64,000 nt of DNA, from NCBI GenBank assembly GCA_965207735.1, contig OZ242296.1, forward strand, positions 3,968,001 through 4,032,000. The letters are read 5' to 3'. This DNA is from Candidatus Versatilivorator sp. Its GTDB lineage: Bacteria > Acidobacteriota > Terriglobia > Versatilivoradales > Versatilivoraceae. The notes beneath the pieces are model-generated. The model saw nothing but the letters and a program-made list of their open reading frames with translations, did not search any database and was not told the DNA's origin. Below, one piece after another: positions 50,501 through 57,875 of the stretch (positions are counted from its first letter, which is position 1; every line of letters starts with the position of its first letter). The translations under genes were made by a program, and so were the position numbers.

Positions 50501-53171
50501 ATGGGTGTCCACTCGCCGAACTCGCCCAGGCCTTCTTTGAGGCGGTACTCGTAGCGCAGGATCTCGGAGCCCCCGTCGCTTTCCGGCGGACTCCACGCCA
50601 ACCGCATCGCCCCGTCCCCCGGCATGGCCATCAGGCCCCCCGGCGCCTGCGGAGGAAACAGCAGGCCACCACCTCCTCCGCCGCCGCCACATTAGAAGGC
50701 AGCGTCGCGCCCAGCGCCACCGTGAACGTCTCGTCGTCCGTGTCCGCGTCCTGCGCCGTCGTGATCGTGCCCGTGCCCATCGTCGAGCCGCTGCTGATCG
50801 TGATGCTGGTCAGCGCCCCGAAGTCGCCCTCCTCCGCCGTCCCCGCCGTCAGCGTCAGAGGGATATCGATGTTGCTCGAAAGCGCCGCCGACAGCGCCGC
50901 CGTCACCGTCACCGACGAGCCCTCATCCACCGGGTTCGGAGCGGCTGAGAGCGTGAGAGTAATCGGTGTGACTCTCACTTGGCGGAAATAGTCGTCGGAG
51001 ACCGCTGCATGGGTCAGCACGGCCGCGGTATTGCTCGAATCGCCCTTGAACGTGATGGTTCCGCCGTTGAGGGAGATCGCGTTCGCAGGAATCGAGATGC
51101 CGTTGGTGTCCGAGTCCGCTGCCACGGTGTATGCGAAGACTGCCCTCAAGCCCCCTCGGGTGAGCCGCTGGAATCGGGCCTGCCTGGTGTTGGCGCCGAT
51201 GGTCAGTCCGAGTTGCGGCGTGCCGCTCACGCTCACCGCCCGGCTGAAGAGGGCGATGGCAATGATCGTCTCGCCCCTGTCGTAGGCGGCGCCGTCCTCC
51301 GGCCTGTTCACGAAGCCGACTCCCGTCACCTCCGGAGTCACGACGGCGGCGGCGCCGTTCACCTTGCGGGTCGAGCCGCCGGCAACCGCGCCGTGGGTGA
51401 GCGTGGGGGCGGCCGAGTCGCACCTGCGGGTGATGGTTCCGCCGTTGAGCGACAGGGCGTCGGCCGGGATGTCGACCCCGTCGGCGTCGGTGTCGGATGG
51501 CTGCACGATGTAAGCGAAGAGGACGTAGTAGGCGAAGGAAGGGTGGACGTACACGAAGTCGGCCTGCCTGGTGTTGGCGCCGACGGTCAGCGCGAGTTGC
51601 GGCGTGCCGCTCACCTCGACGGGGTCTTCGAAAATAGCCCACATATAGATCGGCTCGCCCAGGGAATAGGTTGCGCCATCGTCCGGCATGTCGGCGGCGA
51701 ACGCGGCGGTGGCCAATTCGTTGGGGGAGGCCATGGAGCCGTCGACCTTGTAGTCGGCGTAGGCGGACCGGGCGGCATGGGTGATGGTGGCATGGAGGGC
51801 CGGAACGTCCCGGCGGACGATGCTGCCGCCGTTCAGAGAAATCGCGTTCGCAGGGAACGAGATGCCGTCGGTGTCCGAGTCCGCCGCCATCACGTCGTAA
51901 TAGAAAAACATAGTAGTCGCTTCGGCGGAGAGGGCCTGGAAGCTGGCTTGCCGCATGACGCCGCCGACGTCGAGTTGCACCGTCGGGGAGCCGGTCACCA
52001 CCACCGGGTACCTGAAGGAGACACTCACAGTCGCGGCGTCGCACCTTTTAAGGACGCTGCCGGGCGGTGGGTTGTTTACATTGAGGGCGGGAGCACCGGC
52101 CTGCAGAGCGAGGACGGTGCTGGCATCCACTTTGTGGTTCGCACTGTCGGCCACCTCAGCGTGAGTCAGGGACGCCGAGGTGCCGGTGTCCACATCGTGG
52201 GTGATCGTCCCGCCGTTGAGCTCGAGCGCGTTCGCAGAGATCGAGATGCCGTCGGTGTCCGAGTCCGAGGCCTGCACCGTGTAGGAGAAGAGCATAAACG
52301 GTTGAGCGGCTAAACTCGTCACGAGGGATGAAAAGTTCGCGTACCGGGTTTGGCTGCCGACGGTCAGGGCCAAGCGCGGCCGGCCGGTCACGGCGATGGT
52401 CCGGCTGAAGTCCACCCTCACTTCGACGCTCTCATACTGTATGTAGGTTCCGTCGCCGCTCTCGGGCAAACCACTGAATGAAACCTGCAGAATCTCCGGC
52501 TGGGGCGACGTCGAGCCGTCGACCTTGAAGTTGGCGCCGTCAGCGAGTGCAGCGTGCGTCAGCGCGGCGTTCACCGACGGGTCGGCCTGGGCCGTAATGG
52601 AGCCGCCGTTGAGATCGAGCGCGTTGGCCGCGATGCTGTAGCCGTCCGTGTCGCTGTCGCTTGCCTGCACGGTATAGGAGAAAATGGCACCCGTGCGCTG
52701 CGACTCCAATTGATCGAAGACGGCGTAGCGGGTGTCGGCGCCGATGGTCAACGCCATGCGCGGCTGTCCCCGCACGCTCACCGTCTGGTCGAATTCGACG
52801 ATCAGAAAGATCCGGTCGCCCAGATAGTACGTATCGCCGGTGCCGAACTGCGGAAGGAAGCTGCTGCGGACGATTTTGGTGATCGCGGGCGCCGAGACTT
52901 GCGCCGCGGCGGGGAGGGCGGCGAGCAGGAACAGCGCGCCGGCTAGAAGCGCACCGGCGCGGCGAACGGGCCGAGCGCGCCCAGCAGCAGCGCCAGAGCT
53001 GGGAGGAGACGGAGGGAGCCGCCGTGAGACCGCAGGAAACCCGTGGAAGGCGCCGGGCGCGGGCGCCTCACGACGCGCCCCCTCGGCCAAGAATGCAGTG
53101 TCCGGGAGTGGTGGGCATGTCAAGTCCTTTTTTGATTTATTTGGAGCCGTGTCGGCACCGGGTTCCCGCAT
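47527..53171 (-). pseudogene. Surface protein C, paralogue of B, split into two ORFs (50631-53171 and 47527-50631) by a frameshifting deletion at the poly-Gly hinge
   Basis: The distance from agcaggccac to cacattagaa is 140 nt in B and 28 nt here: net -112 nt, not a multiple of 3. Confidence 0.88.
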
Positions 53172-53283
53172 GATGGCCATCCTCCTCAGTAAACGGCGGG
53201 GGCTGTGCGAACACATTAGCGACCGATCGGGACACCGGCCGTGAGACTGGCAGTTTTCAAGACCACTGAAAGAGTAGGTCCAG

Positions 53284-56200
53284 CTAGTGCACTGCCGGCG
53301 TCAAGATCCGGATCAGGTGATTGCCCGAATCAGCGATGAAGAGGTTGCCCGCACCGCCCACCGCCACGCCAACGGGTCGGTCAAGTCGGGCTGCGGTCGC
53401 TGGGCCGCCGTCCCCGCTGAACCCACTCGTTCCCGTGCCCGCCACGGTGGTGATCACCCCCGAGGTGTCCACCTTGCGGATCTGGTTGTTGCCCCAATCG
53501 GCGATGAAGAGGTTGCCGGCGCCGTCCACCGCCACGCCTCTGGGGAAGGCCAGCCGAGCCGCGGCCGCCGGGCCACCGTCCCCGCTGAACCCAAACCTTC
53601 CCGTGCCCGCCACGGTGGTGATGACCCCCGCCGTGTCCACCTTGCGGATCCGCTGGTTGCTCGTATCGGCGATGAAGAGGTTGCCCGCACCGTCCACCGC
53701 CACGCCTTCGGGAACGGCCAGCCCGGCCGCCGGCGCCGGGCCGCCGTCCCCGCTGAACCCCCTCTCTCCCGTGCCCGCAACGGTAGTGATGACCCCCGCC
53801 ATGTCCACCTTGCGGATCCGCTGGTTGCTCGTATCGGCGATGAAGAGGTTACCGGCGCCGTCCACCGCCACGCCTCCGGGGAAGGCCAGCCGAGCCGCCG
53901 TCGCCGGGCCGCCGTCCCCGCTGAACCCGTACCCTCCCGTGCCCGCCACGGTGGTGATCACCCCCGAGGTGTCCACCTTGCGGATCCGCTGGTTGCTCGT
54001 ATCGGCGATGAAGAGGTTGCCCGCACCGTCCACCGCCACGTCAGAGGGGCTGCGCAGCCGGGCCGCCGGCGCCGGGCCGCCGGCGCCGCTGAACCCCCTC
54101 TCTCCCGTGCCCGCAACGGTGGTGATGACCCCCGCCGTGTCCACCTTGCGGATCCGACCGGCGCCCCAATCGGCGATAAACAGGTTGCCGGCGCCGTCCA
54201 CCGTCACGTCAGAGGGGCTGTCTAGCCGGGCCTTGGTCGCCGGACCGCCGTCGCCGCGCTCTCCCGCGCCCGCGACGGTGGTGATCACCCCCGAGGTGTC
54301 CACCTTGCGGATCCGACGGTTGCCCGAATCGGCGATGAAGAGGTTGCCCGCACCGTCCACCGCCACGTCAGAGGGCCGGTCTAGATAGGCATCGGCCGCC
54401 GGGCCGCCATCCCCGCTGAACCCAAACCTTCCCGTGCCCGCCACGGTAGTGATGACCCCTGCCGAGTCCACCTTGCGGATCTGCTGGTTGCCCCAATCGG
54501 CGATGAAGAGGTTGCCCGCACCGTCCACCGTCACGTCAGAGGGCCGGTCTAGATAGGCATCGGCCGCCGGGCCACCGTCCCCGCTACCCCCCCCCATTCC
54601 CGTGCCCGCAACGGTGGTGATGACCCCCGCTGTGTCCACCCTGCGGATCCGGTAGTTGTGGGAATCGGCGATGAAGAGGTTGCCCGCGCCGTCCACCGCC
54701 ACGCCTTCGGGGAAGGCCAGCCGAGCCGCGGCCGCCGGGCCACCGTCCCCGCTGAACCCAAACCTTCCCGTGCCCGCAACGGTGGTGATGACCCCCGCCG
54801 TGTCCACCTTGCGGATCCGGTAGTTGTCGGAATCGGCGATAAAGAGGTTGCCGGCGCCGTCCACCGCCACGCCTCTGGGCAAGGCCAGCCGAGCCAAGGT
54901 CGCCGGGCCGCCGTCCCCGCTGCCCCTCCCCGTTCCCGTGCCCGCCACGGTGGTGATGACCCCCGCCGTGTCCACCTTGCGGATCCGGTAGTTGTCGGAA
55001 TCGGCGATAAAGAGGTTGCCGGCGCCGTCCACCGCCACGCCTCTGGGCAAGGCCAGCCGAGCCAAGGTCGCCGGGCCGCCGTCCCCGCTGAACCCCCTCT
55101 CTCCCGTGCCCGCCACGGTGGTGATGACTCCTGCCGTGTCCACCTTCTGGATCCGCTGGTTGAGCCAATCGGCGATGAAGAGGTTGCCGGCACCGTCCAC
55201 CGCCACGCCTTCGGGGCCCCTTAGCCAAGCCGCGGTCGCGGGGCTGTTATCCCCAACATCCCGAGTACCGGCGAACGTGTCGATTCTCCAGCCGCTGGCG
55301 GCTTCCGCGCCGCCGGCCGTGACCACTACCCGCCGGCCCCTGGAACAGTTGTTGGCGGTCCGGCTCTCCCCGCTGACCGCGTCCACGCAGGCGCCGTAGT
55401 AGTAGGTTCCCGCACTCGCCGGGGCCGTCAACCGGATCGACTCTTCCGTCAGGCCCGATGGGGCAAGGGCGCCCAGCGCGTCCGTCCCCACCGAGGTATC
55501 GCCGCTCGTTATGGTCGCGTCCGTCGAACGGTAGTAGCGCAGCGTCGTGGCCGGGGAGGCCCCCTCCCCGACGTTGCGCACTCCCGCCGCCAGCGAGAAC
55601 GACCCTCCCGGAGGAGTGCCGGAAGGGTTCGTAAAGACGGTGAACGAGTAGACGGTCAGGTCCGGATCGCCGCCGGAACGAGTGTCTGGGGGGGTGACAG
55701 TTTCCGCCGGCGGCAAGGAGGAGAATACCGGATCGGCTTCGAAGTTCAGCGACAGGGTCACGATGGGCTCGGTGGAGGTAATCTCGACCGATCCGTTAAA
55801 GCCGCTGAGCGCAAACAGGGGTGCCATGTTTTGCGCACCATGCCCGTTGGGCGACAGGCTTCTATCGACGCTGGCCAGCGCCTGCCCTGCCGAGTCCTTG
55901 GCCGTAAAGGTAATTTGGGCCGCCGTGTCGGATGGGTTGGCATAGGCCAATCCGGTCCCAAACCGACCTTCTCCCTGCTCGGCAAAGGTGACGAAGCGGG
56001 TTGCCGGAAGTCCCGCCGCGTTGACTCCGGCTTCTCCCGTGGGCACTCCCCCTTCAAACCGGCGAAACAGCAGGCTGGCCTTTACCGGCCCCGAGCAGCT
56101 GGCCCGCGCCCAGCCGGGCGCCAGCGGTGCGCTCAGCTCCACATCGGTCTCCTCATGAACCGACCCTCCGGGCGGCAGAACGTCGGTCCGGCTCTCCACC

Positions 56201-57507
56201 GTTCCCAGTCCCGCAAATGACACCATCAGCGGACTCCCCTGATCGGAAAGGAAATCAGTCTGGCAGATCACCTCCTCGGCCGAGTAGTTGATATAGGTGA
56301 GGGTGGTTTGCCATCCCGCTCCCACGGCAAGGTGGGGGAAGTAATAGGTAGTCGTTCCCTCGGCGGCAGCATCCAGTTCCCCCGGCGGCAAGGAGGAGAA
56401 CACCGGATTGGCTTCGAAGTTCAGCGACAGAGTGACGATGGGTTCGGCGGAGGTGATTTCCAGCGATCCGCTAAACCGGCTGAGACCGAACAGTCCCGCC
56501 ATATTGTGCGCACCATGCCCGTTGGGCAACAGGTTCCGCTCGACGCTGGCCAGTACCTGCCCCGCCGAGTCCTTGGCCGTAAAGGTGACGAGGGCCGCCG
56601 TGTCGGATGGGTTGGCGTAGGCCACTCCGGTCCCCAACCGGCCTTCTCCCTGCTCGGCAAAGGTGACGAAGCGGGTGGCTGGAACGGTCGCCGCATTGAC
56701 TCCGCCTTCCGCCACGGGCGCCCCTTGGCTGTTGTGGCGGCGAAACAGCAGGCTGGCCTTCACCGGCCCCGAACAGGTGGCCCGCGCCCAGCCGGGCGCC
56801 AGCGGTGCGCTCAGCTCCACGTTGGTCTCCTCATGAACCGACCCTCCGGGCGGCAGAACGTCGGTCCGGCTGTCCACCGTTCCCCGATCCGCAAACGAGA
56901 CCATCAGCGGACTTCCCTGATCGGAAAGGAAATCCGTCTGGCAGCTCACCTCCTCGGAGGAGTAGTTGATATAGGTGAGGGTGGTTTGCCATCCCGCTCC
57001 CACGGCAAGGTGAGGGAAGTAATAGGTCTGCTCTTCCGTCTGTGGGGGCGGCTGAACCGCACTCGATTCAACCAACTCGAAGCTGCCCCTACAGACCACC
57101 AGACCGAACACCGCCGCTGTGAACGTGCCCCTCGTCTGCGAGCTGAAGGTCAAATCAGACACAAAGGGAATCGGAAGGTCATCAACCGTTGTCGTGAGGG
57201 TTCCCGTGATTGCGCCGGTTTCCTCGTATTCGTAGTCGCCCTCCACATCCACGGTTTGCGTTCTGTCACCTATTTCAATGACTCCCCTTGTCGCGAATCG
57301 GCCTGGTCCGATGAAGCTGATGGGTTCAACCCCATCGCCTTCGTTGCAATCCGGGGCGTCAAATTGCAAGGTCCACCCCGTGAACCGTTGCTCGAATTCC
57401 TCTTGACTCTGTGGCGCAAGCTGAGCAAGCGCTACACCTGGACAGACTACGATCAACAGCGCGGTGAAGCTCCAAAGGATTCCCTTGTTTAAAGACCGTA
57501 AAGACAC
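53284..57507 (-). CDS. Secreted NHL-repeat protein, 12 repeats (paralogue of 35727-39794)
   Basis: GAGGAG RBS before GTG 57507; same architecture; 12 GVAVDGAGNLFIAD-type repeats. Confidence 0.92.
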   Translation of the reverse strand: MSLRSLNKGILWSFTALLIVVCPGVALAQLAPQSQEEFEQRFTGWTLQFDAPDCNEGDGVEPISFIGPGRFATRGVIEIGDRTQTVDVEGDYEYEETGAITGTLTTTVDDLPIPFVSDLTFSSQTRGTFTAAVFGLVVCRGSFELVESSAVQPPPQTEEQTYYFPHLAVGAGWQTTLTYINYSSEEVSCQTDFLSDQGSPLMVSFADRGTVDSRTDVLPPGGSVHEETNVELSAPLAPGWARATCSGPVKASLLFRRHNSQGAPVAEGGVNAATVPATRFVTFAEQGEGRLGTGVAYANPSDTAALVTFTAKDSAGQVLASVERNLLPNGHGAHNMAGLFGLSRFSGSLEITSAEPIVTLSLNFEANPVFSSLPPGELDAAAEGTTTYYFPHLAVGAGWQTTLTYINYSAEEVICQTDFLSDQGSPLMVSFAGLGTVESRTDVLPPGGSVHEETDVELSAPLAPGWARASCSGPVKASLLFRRFEGGVPTGEAGVNAAGLPATRFVTFAEQGEGRFGTGLAYANPSDTAAQITFTAKDSAGQALASVDRSLSPNGHGAQNMAPLFALSGFNGSVEITSTEPIVTLSLNFEADPVFSSLPPAETVTPPDTRSGGDPDLTVYSFTVFTNPSGTPPGGSFSLAAGVRNVGEGASPATTLRYYRSTDATITSGDTSVGTDALGALAPSGLTEESIRLTAPASAGTYYYGACVDAVSGESRTANNCSRGRRVVVTAGGAEAASGWRIDTFAGTRDVGDNSPATAAWLRGPEGVAVDGAGNLFIADWLNQRIQKVDTAGVITTVAGTGERGFSGDGGPATLARLALPRGVAVDGAGNLFIADSDNYRIRKVDTAGVITTVAGTGTGRGSGDGGPATLARLALPRGVAVDGAGNLFIADSDNYRIRKVDTAGVITTVAGTGRFGFSGDGGPAAAARLAFPEGVAVDGAGNLFIADSHNYRIRRVDTAGVITTVAGTGMGGGSGDGGPAADAYLDRPSDVTVDGAGNLFIADWGNQQIRKVDSAGVITTVAGTGRFGFSGDGGPAADAYLDRPSDVAVDGAGNLFIADSGNRRIRKVDTSGVITTVAGAGERGDGGPATKARLDSPSDVTVDGAGNLFIADWGAGRIRKVDTAGVITTVAGTGERGFSGAGGPAPAARLRSPSDVAVDGAGNLFIADTSNQRIRKVDTSGVITTVAGTGGYGFSGDGGPATAARLAFPGGVAVDGAGNLFIADTSNQRIRKVDMAGVITTVAGTGERGFSGDGGPAPAAGLAVPEGVAVDGAGNLFIADTSNQRIRKVDTAGVITTVAGTGRFGFSGDGGPAAAARLAFPRGVAVDGAGNLFIADWGNNQIRKVDTSGVITTVAGTGTSGFSGDGGPATAARLDRPVGVAVGGAGNLFIADSGNHLIRILTPAVH

Positions 57508-57689
57508 TGTGTTGCTCCTCGCTATTTGACCCTCGGATCCGGTCCGGGTGTCCCGTCCCAAGGACCGTCGTGACGCACCGCACGCTACTCCATGACAAAG
57601 GGGGGCTGTGTTGGGTTGGCCATTCTCCACTCTTGCTTCAGGTGACAGGATCGAAGACTTTGCTTAGCTTTCAGACCTCTGTACTCTAT

Positions 57690-57850
57690 AAAACCAATGT
57701 GAATCCAAGGCGACCATATGAGTTGTTAGGTGAATAACATGCGAATTCATTTCCCATTACTGCTAGAATCGACTCGGTTGCGCCTTGGAGGTACTCGCAT
57801 CCGGCTCTTCCATCGAGCCGAGACCGGCCGACAACCAACTGGTCTTACTC
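57690..57850. promoter_or_regulatory. Conserved intergenic element, copy 3 (divergent promoter region between NHL gene and kinase)
   Basis: Homologous to copies 1 and 2; TGCTAGAAT at 57761-57769. Confidence 0.75.
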
Positions 57851-57875
57851 CGAGGCCCAACGAAAGGGGGATGAC

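Noticed and set aside
53300-55230. Complete diversity-generating retroelement
   Set aside because: No reverse transcriptase, accessory gene or non-coding template in the window, and some variation is at third codon positions. Kept only as a trans-acting hypothesis.
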